Of a stretch of DNA of 64,000 nt, positions 1 to 10,597 are shown piece by piece. The stretch's first letter is position 1. Each line of letters begins with the position of its first letter. Source of the DNA: an uncultured delta proteobacterium (GTDB taxonomy: Bacteria; Desulfobacterota; Syntrophobacteria; Syntrophobacterales; Syntrophobacteraceae). The translations under genes and the position numbers were made by a program. The stretch covers positions 111,493 to 175,492 of the forward strand of contig CAWEHK010000050.1 in NCBI GenBank assembly GCA_963808625.1, written 5' to 3'. Under the pieces are notes generated by a model that saw only the letters and a program-made list of their open reading frames with translations, ran no database searches and was not told the DNA's origin.

Positions 1-119
1 AAAACTACATCCTGCAACGCGGCTTTTTGTATGGATATGAAGGTTTCATCATCTCGGTTTCGAACGCCAACGGCGTCTTCTATAAATATATCATGCTTTA
101 CGAAGAGTCGAAAAAGTGA
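1..119 (+). CDS. 3' end of a GT2 glycosyltransferase, LPS core KdtX/WaaE-like (partial, runs off window start)
   Basis: Frame from base 3 reads NYILQRGFLYGYEGFIISVSNANGVFYKYIMLYEESKK*, resembling the YILxRGFLDG C-terminal motif of KdtX/WaaE-like GT2; TGA 117-119 overlaps the GTG start of the next gene. Confidence 0.7.
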   Translation, partial: NYILQRGFLYGYEGFIISVSNANGVFYKYIMLYEESKK

Positions 120-940
120 CCGTGTCGCTTATCATCAGCACTTATAATTGGAAGGAGGCGCTTGAGCTGTCAATCTTGAGCGCTTTACGGCAAACCTGCA
201 TGCCGGATGAGATGATCATCGCTGACGACGGCTCCCGAGAAGATACCAGGCGCCTGATCGACCGTATGGCAAGCGGCTCACCCGTTCCCCTTCTTCATGT
301 CTGGCAGGAGGATAAAGGGTTTCGCGCGGCACGGATCAGGAACGAGGCGATCAGCAAGGCAACCGGCGAATGCATCATTCTGGTCGACGGGGATATCATC
401 CTCCACCCCAGATTCATCGCCGATCACAAAGATGCTGCACGGTTTCACTTCTTCTCACAAGGGTCCAGAGTGCTCTTAACCCAGACGAAGACGACCCGCG
501 TCCTGCAGGAGAAGCAACTGGATTTTGCCGTTTTTGAGTCCGGCCTTGAAAACCGCAAGAACACGATCCACTCGGCCATGCTCTCGCGACTGGTCTCCCA
601 TCGGAGCGTGACACTGAAGGGCATCAGGACCTGTAATTTTGCTTTCTGGCGGAGCGACGGCATCGCCGTAAACGGTTTCAATGAAGACTTTGAAGGATGG
701 GGACGGGAGGACAGTGAATTTGCCGTGCGCCTGATGAACCGTGGCGTGAGGAGGCAGAATATCAGGTTCAGAGCTCTGGCCTATCACCTCTTCCACCGGG
801 AGCACCCGAGGGGTTCCCTGGAGCGGAACGACGGGCTCCTCGCAGAGGCCGTGAAAAACCGGGCAACCTGGTGTCTGAGAGGGTTGGATGGGCATCTCAA
901 ATGTCGCTTCCGCGGCAACCACACAGTAACTACTCAATAA
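116..940 (+). CDS. Glycosyltransferase family 2 with C-terminal galactosyltransferase (Glyco_transf_7C-like) region
   Basis: SLIISTYN, IIADDGS, DGD, and NGFNEDFEGWGREDSE motifs; intact 274 aa ORF. Confidence 0.9.
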   Translation: MTVSLIISTYNWKEALELSILSALRQTCMPDEMIIADDGSREDTRRLIDRMASGSPVPLLHVWQEDKGFRAARIRNEAISKATGECIILVDGDIILHPRFIADHKDAARFHFFSQGSRVLLTQTKTTRVLQEKQLDFAVFESGLENRKNTIHSAMLSRLVSHRSVTLKGIRTCNFAFWRSDGIAVNGFNEDFEGWGREDSEFAVRLMNRGVRRQNIRFRALAYHLFHREHPRGSLERNDGLLAEAVKNRATWCLRGLDGHLKCRFRGNHTVTTQ

Positions 941-1235
941 CCACTGGGTCCAAACCAACCTTCACCTTGAGTAAGGACCACCACATGACGAGATTGCCAG
1001 CCGCACATGTCGAATTCGCCTGACATATAGTTCCAGCTCCGACCACAATAGGTGTGTGGAACTTTCGCGCGTTTTGAAGATCTTATTATGGACAGTTCAG
1101 ACTGCGGTATTGTATTATTATGCTTTCGAGAAATCCAAAAACTGAGGTTTACGCAACCTCTCCCTTTATGGTTTTTCTTCAGCTGTTGTCACAGGTGGGA
1201 ACAAAGTCGAAAGGTTTATCGACAGATTGTGAGCA

Positions 1236-1991
1236 TTGAGATTGATGGTAAGAACTGATCAAGAGGGGCAGCCTTTTCTCTCCGTCACCGCGCCCGTGTT
1301 CAACGAGCAGGACAATATCGAGAAGGTCCTGATATACTGGAACGAGGTGCTCGACGACCTCGAGCTTTCCACCGAGATCGTCCTGACCAATGACGGCTCC
1401 ACCGATGACACCCCGCAAATCCTGGCGCGCTTAAAGGCTGCCATGCCGCGCCTGGTCGTGGTAACGCACGAACGCAACCACGGTTACGGCAAGGCCCTGA
1501 CCGACGCCATTCAGCACTCGCGGGGTAAGTGGGTGGTCACCATCGACTCGGACGGGCAATTCGATCTCAAGGATTGCATCCCTTTGCTCCGCACGGCCCT
1601 CTCCGACAATCTCGACGGGGTCACCGGCTACCGCACCAAGAAGAAGGACACCTTGTTTCGGGTTTTCGCGGACAGGGTCCTCAATTGGATTGTGCGCCTT
1701 GTTTTTGGCGTCAGCTACCGAGATACCAACTGCGCTCTAAAAGTGATCAAGGGTGATTTTCTGCGGCAGATCAACATCGAAGCCAGAGGGTATCCAGCGC
1801 CGACCGAGGTCTGCATAAAGCTGACGAGACTGGGTGCAGCGCTCGGTGAAGCCGGGGTTTCCCACGCCGAAAGGGCCGGCGGCCTGTCCAAGCTCCGCCC
1901 GTTCCAGACGGGCGTTAATTTCTTAAAGTTCCTGACTTATCTCAAGTTCAAAATCTATCTCTACAACCAGAAGGTCATCCACAGTCTTTAG
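1236..1991 (+). CDS. Polyprenol-phosphate glycosyltransferase (DPM1/ArnC/GtrB-like GT2)
   Basis: APVFNE, NDGSTD, NHGYGKAL, IDSDGQF, DTNCALK motifs. Confidence 0.85.
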   Translation: MRLMVRTDQEGQPFLSVTAPVFNEQDNIEKVLIYWNEVLDDLELSTEIVLTNDGSTDDTPQILARLKAAMPRLVVVTHERNHGYGKALTDAIQHSRGKWVVTIDSDGQFDLKDCIPLLRTALSDNLDGVTGYRTKKKDTLFRVFADRVLNWIVRLVFGVSYRDTNCALKVIKGDFLRQINIEARGYPAPTEVCIKLTRLGAALGEAGVSHAERAGGLSKLRPFQTGVNFLKFLTYLKFKIYLYNQKVIHSL

Positions 1992-1999
1992 GAGTAACC

Positions 2000-2933
2000 A
2001 TGCAGCTGAAGGGCGTCATTCTCGCCGCCGGCAAAGGCACCCGCATCTACCCGTTCAGCGAAGAGCACCCCAAGCCCATTCTACCCATCGCGAATAAGCC
2101 GCTCATGCAATACCAGATCGAGCTGATGGCATCGCTTGGGATCAAGGACGTAATCGTCGTCATCGGTCATCTGGGCTTTGAGATCGTGAGGAGAATCGGG
2201 CAGGGGAAGGAATATGGACTTCGGATCCACTATGTGGAGCAGAAGACCACCCTTGGCATTGCTCACGCGGTAGGCACCCTGGAGAGTCTCGTCGACGGTC
2301 CGTTCATGTTGTTCCTGGGTGATATCTATTTTATCACCAATTCCCTCGGTGACATGGTCGAAATCATGGCCCGCGAGCGTTTGCAGGGGGTACTGGCGAC
2401 CAGGATCGAGGAGGATACGGACAAGATCAAGCGGAATTTTGCCGTGATTCTTGACGGCGACGGCCTGGTGAAGCGCGTCATTGAAAAGCCGCAGTATCCT
2501 CAAAACAACCTCAAAGGCTGCGGCATTTACCTTTTCAGCCCGCAGATCTTCGACGCTATCCGACGCACGCCGAGGACCGCCATGAGGGATGAGTACGAGA
2601 TCACCGACGCCATCCAGATCCTGATCGACGACGGGGGACGAGTGAGGAGCATGAACGTCATCGAAAGGGACATGAACCTCACCTACCCGCAGGACCTCCT
2701 GGAACTGAACCTCTACGAAATAGCAAGGCAAAATGCAGTGAACATTCTGGGGACGAACACGAAGATTGCTCCAACAGCGGCGATCCGCAACTGCGTCATC
2801 GGCAACGAAGTCCAGATTGGTGAGAGTGTGCACCTGGAAAGCTGTGTCGTCTTTGACGGGGTAGCCGTGGAAGCAGGCGAAGAGTTATGTCAATGCCATC
2901 CTGACCCAGGAGCGGGTTATTTTCGGACATTGA
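2000..2933 (+). CDS. Sugar-1-phosphate nucleotidyltransferase (glucose-1-phosphate thymidylyltransferase-like) with C-terminal hexapeptide tail; frameshift near 2889
   Basis: GVILAAGKGTR, PKPILPIANKP, LGD, EKP, EYEITDA; the natural end appears to be ...NAILTQERVIFGH* (TGA about 2931-2933) in another frame, so the ORF-track extension to 3070 runs into a REP element. Confidence 0.85.
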
Positions 2934-3003
2934 GGTGCGAAAAAGACTACATACTGGGGCCGCAAGGTATGGGGCACGTTTTTGAGCTTGCTCTGATTGG
3001 TTT

Positions 3004-3028
3004 GGCAGGCTGGAAAGCCTGCTCCACA
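3004..3028. repeat. REP-like hairpin GGCAGGCTGGAAAGCCTGC(T/C)CCAC, family also at 43548-43615 and about 56298-56343
   Basis: Same palindromic core seen at three loci in the window. Confidence 0.7.
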
Positions 3029-3089
3029 CGAAGGCGGGGAACCGACAGGGATGAGCCTTTTTTCGGGTAGATGCTGAGGACTGGTAAGC

Positions 3090-4019
3090 ATGAGCAAGAA
3101 ATATAGGAAAGCACTCGTAACGGGTGGCGCCGGTTTTATCGGCTCACACCTTTGCGCCGGACTTTTGGACGAAGGTCTGGCGGTGGTCGCCTTGGACAAT
3201 TTGTCGATGGGCAAAGCAGAGAATGTCCCCAATGGTGCAAGCTTGATCGTGGGAGACGTTCGCGATCGGACCCTTGTCGAGAACCTCGTTTCCGACGGCG
3301 TCGATGTTGTGTTTCATGAAGCGGCCATTGTGTCCATAAGGGAATCAATCGCGAATTTTTTCGCCGATGCGGAAACAAACATCATGGGGACCCTCAATGT
3401 GCTGCGGGCATCTATTCATTGCGGCGTGAAAAAGTTCGTCTTCGCCTCTTCGATGGCCGTGTACGCCGACAGTCCAAAAAGGACTGCCGCCTCGGAGTCC
3501 TTTGAGATGGCGCCCACCTCCCCTTACGGCGTTGCTAAGCTCGCTTCGGAACGCTACCTGGCTTTGCTGGGCGAGGCCAACGGCATGGAAGCCATCGCGC
3601 TCAGGTATTTCAACACCTACGGTGAAAACCAGACCTTCAGCCCCTACGTCGGGGTCATCACCATTTTCGTGAACAGGCTGCTCAAAGGCCAACCGCCCAT
3701 CGTTTTCGGCGATGGCGAACAGATGAGAGATTTCATTTATGTAAAAGACATCGTCAAGGCAAACCTGCTGGCCATGCGCACCGACGTGGGTGGCGGCGTC
3801 TTCAATGTCGGCAGCGGTGTCGGGACTTCGGTGAACAGAATCAGCGAGTTGCTTTGCCGGAAGATCGATCCCGGGATCAAGCCGGTCTATGGGCCGGAAA
3901 GGCCCGAAGAGCTCCGCTATTCGGTGGCGGACATCGCGAGAATAAGCAGCCAGCTCGGGTTTGTACCAGGCTTCAGGATTGAACAGGCCATTGACACCGT
4001 CATTAACCAATACCTTTAG
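3090..4019 (+). CDS. NAD-dependent epimerase/dehydratase (UDP-glucose 4-epimerase-like extended SDR)
   Basis: VTGGAGFIG, ASS, YGVAK (YxxxK), LRYFNTYG, GDGEQMRDFIYV. Confidence 0.92.
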   Translation: MSKKYRKALVTGGAGFIGSHLCAGLLDEGLAVVALDNLSMGKAENVPNGASLIVGDVRDRTLVENLVSDGVDVVFHEAAIVSIRESIANFFADAETNIMGTLNVLRASIHCGVKKFVFASSMAVYADSPKRTAASESFEMAPTSPYGVAKLASERYLALLGEANGMEAIALRYFNTYGENQTFSPYVGVITIFVNRLLKGQPPIVFGDGEQMRDFIYVKDIVKANLLAMRTDVGGGVFNVGSGVGTSVNRISELLCRKIDPGIKPVYGPERPEELRYSVADIARISSQLGFVPGFRIEQAIDTVINQYL

Positions 4020-4035
4020 CAGGTGAGGTCATCCC

Positions 4036-4407
4036 TTGAGTTCATATATCCCCTTGATTCTATCCGGTGTTTCCCTTAATGCGGTCGCCCAGCTCTTCCT
4101 GAAGACGGGCATGAATGCGGTCGGCTATTTTCAGTTTTCTTCCGGAAATATTTTGAGCGTATTGCCAAGAATCGTCTTAAATCCTTTTATTGTCCTGGGC
4201 ATGGTTTGCTATCTCCTTAGCATCGCGATCTGGCTGGCAGTCCTGTCCCGGGTCGAGGTCAGTTTCGCGTACCCGTTCCTGAGTGTCGGATACGTCCTGG
4301 TGGCGTGCCTGGGTTATTTCTTTTTTGGGGAAAACCTCTCCTTCAACAAGATACTGGGCATCGCGATTATCTGCGTTGGACTGTTCTTCTTGTCCAGAAG
4401 CGGGTGA
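4036..4407 (+). CDS. SMR/EamA-family small membrane protein, ArnE/ArnF-like lipid-sugar flippase candidate
   Basis: 123 aa, four hydrophobic segments, AQLFLKxG and LSRVEVSFAYPFLS motifs. Confidence 0.8.
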   Translation: MSSYIPLILSGVSLNAVAQLFLKTGMNAVGYFQFSSGNILSVLPRIVLNPFIVLGMVCYLLSIAIWLAVLSRVEVSFAYPFLSVGYVLVACLGYFFFGENLSFNKILGIAIICVGLFFLSRSG

Positions 4408-4436
4408 TGTGCAGAATTATCTTTGCTAAGACCTTA

Positions 4437-6015
4437 TCATCGGTTAGGACGTTCCAAAACAACAAAACGACCGATCCTCTTAACCTGTTGATAGCCCATC
4501 CTCTTAGCAAACGTTTTGAATGCTATCGTTTCAGGAGCTTGTTTTTTATTTGCACCAAATCTAGATAGGTATATCATATAGTCCGGATCGAATTGATCCA
4601 GTTTATTAAGGTCATCTTTCCACCAGTGAAAAATGATGAACCCTTTGTCAGGTGACATAACCACAGACTGGCTAATGGCTACCTTTGACCCATTAGAAAT
4701 CATTTTACTAATGTATTCATACATCATATACGTATCACTATTTTTATAATCCAACCTTTTCAAGCTAGCCTTCACATCTGCCCATCCATACACTATGAAT
4801 GTATAGCTAAAAGCTATTGCACAAATTACTGTTGTTGCTGTTTTGATATGCAACTTCTTATCACGAAGCTCAATTATTGAAGATATTGCGCTGATAATAT
4901 AATAAGGATAAATTGGCATAAGATAATGCCATGCACCAGCAAATAAACGAGACCCAGAAAATACAATCATGGTAAGCAATATGGAAGAAATCGAGCTAAC
5001 AATATATATGTGCTCTTTTCTTTTGCTTGTTATGTTTAATAGTATATTAGTAAAACTCAGGAAAATCATTAACATCAAAAATACATTTTGAGATAACGAC
5101 TTTAACCAAGCGCTCCAAGCAGCACCCAAACCGAGAGCCATATTGCCGGTTCCATGATCTCTAAGTATGCTCATTTGTGCCGTGACGGTTGTCTCATAAT
5201 CAAAAAAAGCAAAGGGATGCATAATAAAGAGAGTCGATGCACCTAAGAAGATAACCGACAACAGCGTGCCAACAAAGCGCATAGAAAAGAAATAGCGAAT
5301 CCAACTCTTCTTCTGAACTCTGGCCATTTCCAAATTAAGCAGTGTGAATGAAGGAAGCGCGGTAAAGAAAAAAATCTGCTTTGATAAAGCGGAAAAAATA
5401 ATGCACATAATACCAAGGTAGAAATATTTCCATGCAGTTTCTTCTTCATCGAGTTCTTCCATGCGTGTATAAATCAACAAAGATAAAATCAAAAAAAGAA
5501 TTCCAGTTGTTTCAGGATGAACAGTCAAAAACATATCTCTCCAAAACATCGGAACACAATAAAACAGACTACCCATGAAAAGAATAAAGCTTGTTCTTAA
5601 AAATTCTGTCAAGCAATATATACAAAATAAAAACGGATGTTAATCCTACTAAAAATATAAATAATCGAACCGACATGAAAAGCCATACAGGATTACCAGC
5701 CGTACTAAAACCCCCAAACAATATTAGTGGCTTTAATATAAGGTATATCATAAAATGATAAGTCCATCCATATATTTTTGTCCCATAATAATTGTTCATG
5801 TTATATGTATTCAATATATTAATTACAGACTCCATAGCAGTTCCGGAATCCACTTCATAAGCAGCAATAAGGCTTATGTTATCATTTAAGATAAAAACAT
5901 GAGGTAACCACAGTACACAAAAAATAACCAGAAGAATCCAAAATGGATAATAAGATAACGCCTTTCTCCTAATACCATCAGGCTTTATTATCATTTGTCT
6001 CATCCTAATACTCAA
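4437..6015 (-). CDS. Polytopic membrane protein, probable GT-C fold glycosyltransferase (ArnT/GtrC-like); frameshift near 5580
   Basis: ORFs 5569-6015 and 4437-5612 join at ...LYSF/MGSLF; many TM segments, acidic EVD motif in the first loop, soluble C-terminal tail; strongly AT-rich. Confidence 0.55.
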
Positions 6016-6323
6016 AATCGAAATAATTCTAAATGATGCTCTCTAAGATTCGCTGCCAGACACATTTTGACCTCCACTCGCCGGCTATGCAGAAGAGACA
6101 GTGAAGATCATCGCTACGGACAGTTCCTCGTTGAGTAAATGATCGAGAAGAGGCATTTGAGTTTCTTGATATCATTTCGAAGGGAGGGGCGGCGCAATTC
6201 AATGCGCTGAACCTGCCCCGATCAGATTTTAAAACGACATTTCAGAAAATTCATTAACGGGATCCAGGAATCCGGAATGAGTTGATCTGCCTCCCCTGAT
6301 TGCTAAATGTGAACTTACACTGC

Positions 6324-7790
6324 TCAGGTCCCACCGAAGGAAACGACCTTCCACACCGTGCGAAAGAGGATCTTGAGGTCCAGCAGCGGTGAACGATTCC
6401 TGATGTAGTAGAGATCATACTGCAATTTCACCAGGGCATCCTCGACACTGCTTCCGTAGCGGTACTTGATCTGGGCCCAGCCCGTGAGCCCGGGTTTGAC
6501 CGCCAGCCTCACGCGGTAAAAGGGAATTTCCCGCTCCAGCTCGGCAATGAATTCAGGCCGTTCCGGGCGCGGTCCAATGAGATGAAGGTCCCCGCGCAGG
6601 ACATTCAGCAACTGGGGCAGCTCATCCAGGCGGACCCGCCGGAGGAACTTGCCCACCCTGGTGATGCGCGGGTCGTCATCGGTTGCCCATTGTGCCCCGC
6701 TCCGCTTTTCCGCATCCGCCACCATGGACCTGAATTTGATCACCTTGAACGGTTTCCCTCCCTGCCCCAAACGGGTCTGCCGGTAGAAAACAGGGCCCTG
6801 GGAGTCGAGTTTGATCGCAACGGCGAGAAACGGACCAATGATAAGGAAAAGGACGCCGCCCAGGAGGCAAGACAAGTGATCGATCATCCACACGAAGATG
6901 CGATAGGAAAGGGAAATCTGGCCCCCGGCAAGGTCTGCCGGCAGCAGCCAGTCCTTGGCCACGTGCTGCACGGGCACGCGTTCCGTCAGGGCCTCATACA
7001 GGGTCGGCATGCGGATGATGGGGATGTTGGCGGCCTGGCAATCCAGGAGGACCTTGAAAATTTCTGCACGAAGCTGGTGGGTGATTGAATAGACGACGGT
7101 GTTCACGCGATACTGTTTCGTCAGCGCCAGCGTATCCCGGATCGAGCCAAGCACGGGCACACCCTCTACGTCAGTATTCCGTCTCGTGAGATCGTCGTCG
7201 ACAAAGCCGACCACCTCGAAGCTGCTCACTTCCTGCTCACGGATAGCCTGGGCCAGGGTTCGTCCAGCCCACCCCGCACCGATAATCAGGAGCCTCTGTT
7301 GCAGGGCGCTGCTGGCCAGGGATGCCGCATAATTGAGGCGCCAGATGATGCCGGCAATTGAGGCGAGGGCGACAAAATAGAGCACGGGCAAACGCGGCAG
7401 GATATTTCTCGGGGCAATGAAGAACAGTGAGAGATAGACCAGGAGACTGACCGCACCGGCACCAAGGGTCCGCTGTACGATTTCGGACCCTTTGGCAGTC
7501 ACGACCAGGTTGTACAAATCAAAAGCCCACAGGAGGAAAAGCCAGAGGACGGACGCAACCGGGATCCAGCGCCCGAAGGTTTTGAAATCGAAGAGCAGCG
7601 GTTCAATCCTCGTGAGGCTCCAAAGCCACAGGGCAGCACCTCCGGCGAGGAGGGCAAACAGGAAGTCCCCAACGCCGAGAATGACTTTGTGCTCGGTCAG
7701 TGATAGATTGAGATTCCGCACTACGGTTTTCGCTTTACTTCGTCCTTGATGCGCTTGACATGCCCCCGCCCAAGGCCTTTCACTTCGCAT
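6324..7790 (-). CDS. Priming polyprenyl-phosphate glycosylphosphotransferase (WcaJ/WbaP-like sugar transferase)
   Basis: N-terminal TMs, LLIIGAG CoA-binding-like domain, KFRSM, DDPRITRVG, LDELPQL, GPRPE, KPGLTGWAQ; true start probably downstream of 7790. Confidence 0.93.
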   Translation of the reverse strand: MRSERPWAGACQAHQGRSKAKTVVRNLNLSLTEHKVILGVGDFLFALLAGGAALWLWSLTRIEPLLFDFKTFGRWIPVASVLWLFLLWAFDLYNLVVTAKGSEIVQRTLGAGAVSLLVYLSLFFIAPRNILPRLPVLYFVALASIAGIIWRLNYAASLASSALQQRLLIIGAGWAGRTLAQAIREQEVSSFEVVGFVDDDLTRRNTDVEGVPVLGSIRDTLALTKQYRVNTVVYSITHQLRAEIFKVLLDCQAANIPIIRMPTLYEALTERVPVQHVAKDWLLPADLAGGQISLSYRIFVWMIDHLSCLLGGVLFLIIGPFLAVAIKLDSQGPVFYRQTRLGQGGKPFKVIKFRSMVADAEKRSGAQWATDDDPRITRVGKFLRRVRLDELPQLLNVLRGDLHLIGPRPERPEFIAELEREIPFYRVRLAVKPGLTGWAQIKYRYGSSVEDALVKLQYDLYYIRNRSPLLDLKILFRTVWKVVSFGGT

Positions 7791-9442
7791 CCGAGCTCAA
7801 AATAGCGGCGGATGGCCTCGTCGTCCAGCATGCCGAAGCAGTCGACGACGGCCAGTGGCTTGCCGGCCATGGCCACCAGGTCATCAGGAGCCAGCGAACG
7901 GTAGGCCTGGTGGCGAACCGCCAGGACGACGGCATCCGCGCCTTGAAGGACCTCGCCCAAATCCTGCGCAACGCGCAACTCTGTGAGCCGCTCCTGGTTG
8001 CGAAAAAATCCGGCCCGCGAATGTCCCGTTGCGGGGTAGCTGTCCTGTTTTTCGAGCTCCCACCAATGAGTGACGTACGGATCATGCACCACGACGTCAC
8101 TGCCCATTTCCGCCAGCTTCCGCACGATCAATTCCGATCCGCTGTAGCGCGTATCTCCAACATCTTCGCGATAGGATACGCCCAGCAGGGCGATTTTTGA
8201 CGCCGCCACAATTCTTCCCATATTGCGCAGGGCGTCGCGAACCAACCGCGCAGCGTGGAGCGCGCGGGTGTCGTTGATATCGATGGCCAACGGCGTGAGG
8301 CGAAAGATGTCGTCTTCAAAACCCATCAGCGTCTTGTAGGCCCAAATCCCCAGCCCTCCGTCCTTGGGAAGACAATAGCCGCCGATGCCGGGCCCGGGAA
8401 AGATGATGTTGGAGTGGGTCGGTCTGACCTTGATGGCCTCAATCACTTTGATGAGATCAACCCCATTGCGTTCTGAAAACACGCTCCACTCATGCAGAAA
8501 AGCCAGAATGGTCGCTCTGTAGGAATTCTCCACGATCTTGCAGGTTTCGCTCTCAATGGGCCGATCCAGCACGGTAAGAGGGTACCGCTCGGTATTCAAC
8601 ACCTCGGAGAGAAAGCGCACCACCCGCTCCCTGGCCGCCGCGTTGATCCCGCTGCACACCCGCCAGAAATCCCGGACCGAAGCCACATAATCCCGCCCCG
8701 GCATGACCCGCTCGAAGGAATGGGCCAGCAACGGCTCGGCGTCGCCATAACCCCGCCGGGCAAAGGCCTTCTTGATGATTGGATAAGCTACGTACTCGGT
8801 GGTTCCAGGAGGGACCGTGGTTTCGATGAGCACCAGGCACTCCGGTTGGATTCTTTCTCCCAGGACCCTGAGACTTTCCTCCAGGGCAGCAATATCGGCA
8901 CGCCCTTGTGCCACGTCACCCAGCGTGTCCTTGTGATAGTCGCACTGGACATCGACCACCACGACATCGGCCAGTGATAAAACGTCATAGGTATAGGTCG
9001 CGATGAGCGTCTGCTTGTCACGGACACACCTGCCGAGGAGCAGGCCGACCTCGGGGTCTTCAGCCTCCACCGGGGAAATCCCCCGATTAACATAGGGAAT
9101 CTTCCAGTATGACCGGGTTGAAGGGCGCTGCATGCCAATGACGAACTTTGCCGGATTGCCCGTTTCCTTGCTGCTGGTATCAGCCACCACCGCAGCCATG
9201 ACCAGCCCAACAAACCCGAGCCCCATGACCACAACGATTTCTCGTCCCATCAGGCGCTGGTCGGCGACGATTTTCTGGAGCTTCTTGAATTCCTTTGCAT
9301 AATCGTCTTCAGTCGGGAGGGGAAACACCTCTCCCGCGGGGCAAACCGAGACCAGGGGTTCAGAAAGAGCCTTGGCAGGAGGTGTCAACGGCTGATATTC
9401 TTCACTTGAGAGGGGCATCGAATAATCCTTAATAGAGTTCAA
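7721..9442 (-). CDS. Nucleotide-sugar dehydrogenase (UDP-glucose/GDP-mannose/UDP-ManNAc dehydrogenase family, long form)
   Basis: GLGFVG, ETTVPPG, ERVMPG, GPGIGGYCLPKD catalytic motif. Confidence 0.9.
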   Translation of the reverse strand: MNSIKDYSMPLSSEEYQPLTPPAKALSEPLVSVCPAGEVFPLPTEDDYAKEFKKLQKIVADQRLMGREIVVVMGLGFVGLVMAAVVADTSSKETGNPAKFVIGMQRPSTRSYWKIPYVNRGISPVEAEDPEVGLLLGRCVRDKQTLIATYTYDVLSLADVVVVDVQCDYHKDTLGDVAQGRADIAALEESLRVLGERIQPECLVLIETTVPPGTTEYVAYPIIKKAFARRGYGDAEPLLAHSFERVMPGRDYVASVRDFWRVCSGINAAARERVVRFLSEVLNTERYPLTVLDRPIESETCKIVENSYRATILAFLHEWSVFSERNGVDLIKVIEAIKVRPTHSNIIFPGPGIGGYCLPKDGGLGIWAYKTLMGFEDDIFRLTPLAIDINDTRALHAARLVRDALRNMGRIVAASKIALLGVSYREDVGDTRYSGSELIVRKLAEMGSDVVVHDPYVTHWWELEKQDSYPATGHSRAGFFRNQERLTELRVAQDLGEVLQGADAVVLAVRHQAYRSLAPDDLVAMAGKPLAVVDCFGMLDDEAIRRYFELGCEVKGLGRGHVKRIKDEVKRKP

Positions 9443-10597
9443 TGATTTAGGTGTTGTTTGATAGACTGCACGAATTCGTGGGCAATTGCCTGCCAGTTGT
9501 AGCGATGCTTGACCAGCTCGAGACCTTGCTGGATTTTAGATTTCGCCGAATCCGGGATTATTTATCAAGCATGAAATTACCGTCTTTCATCTCCTCCTGG
9601 TCTCGAGCAAAGAAAGCAAACTCACCGGCGATCCTCTGCACTTCACGCAAGGGGGTGGACACAATCGGCTTTCTTAGGGCTGCATACTCAAATAGTTTCA
9701 GCGGGCAAGCCGCATGGGAAACCGCATTCAGCCGGAAAGGCAGAAGACAAATGTCTGTTGCCGCCATCATGGCAAGCCCCGTCTTATGGTCCACGGGCCC
9801 CGGCAGATATACATTTTTCCTGCTGCTCTCTCTCGACGCGACTCTTTAACCTCGCGAAATCCCTCCCTCCTCCAACCAGCCAGAAAACCACATCCGGCAG
9901 GCCGGCAGCCGCATCCAGGACCATGTCCATATCCACGAAGTACTCAAAAGCTCCCAGGTAGCCGACTACGGCTTTCCTTCGGTCAACCGGGAGTCTCATC
10001 AGCTCAAGGTGCTCGATCTCATCGAGATCGGCTGCGTTGGGGAGCAGCGTCATCGGCTCCGCTATTTGCAGTTGCAGTTCGTGGGAGGCAACGAAATTGA
10101 GATCGCTTCGTCGCAACATATAGTGAAACATCCTCTCGCCCCAGATTCACGAGTCCGAAGGATGATGCTTTGCCGAGCTCATGGGTGAACATCGCCATCA
10201 AATCATCAGCCACATCAAACACGCTGAAGCAGGGGGCGTTGAACAACATCATACATTGGGGGAGATTATAGAGTATCAACACATCGATCTCGTGGGTGTG
10301 GATCAATTCCTTCAAGTAGCGCTGCGCCATCAAGCTGTACGAACCCTTTTTGACCAGCTTCTCCAAAGGGGAGTGAACTTTGCCACAGCCAGTCGGGCAC
10401 GGGGATCTCGATCACCCTGATGCCGGTGGGGACCTCGTTGTTCAACCTCAAAGAAATTCGTCTCTGCCGAATCCAGTCTGGGCGGTTGCAGGACGATGGC
10501 ATTGTGGCCTGACTTGCCCCAGGCCTTTCAATAGTCCATGATACCGGGTGTAGTTGGCCGTTTGCCATCGTGCCATGTATGGAAACAGGAAGTTCAT
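9439..10597 (-). CDS. GT4-family glycosyltransferase, multiply frameshifted
   Basis: Fragments MNFLFPYMARW..., FDVADD, LPNAAD, VVGYLGAF, DICLLPF...PLKLFEYAAL, ending ...RYNWQAIAHEFVQSIKQHLNH* across several frames. Confidence 0.75.

Noticed and set aside
2934..3070. C-terminal extension of the nucleotidyltransferase in the ORF track
   Set aside because: Arises from a frameshift near 2889 and reads through an intergenic REP hairpin
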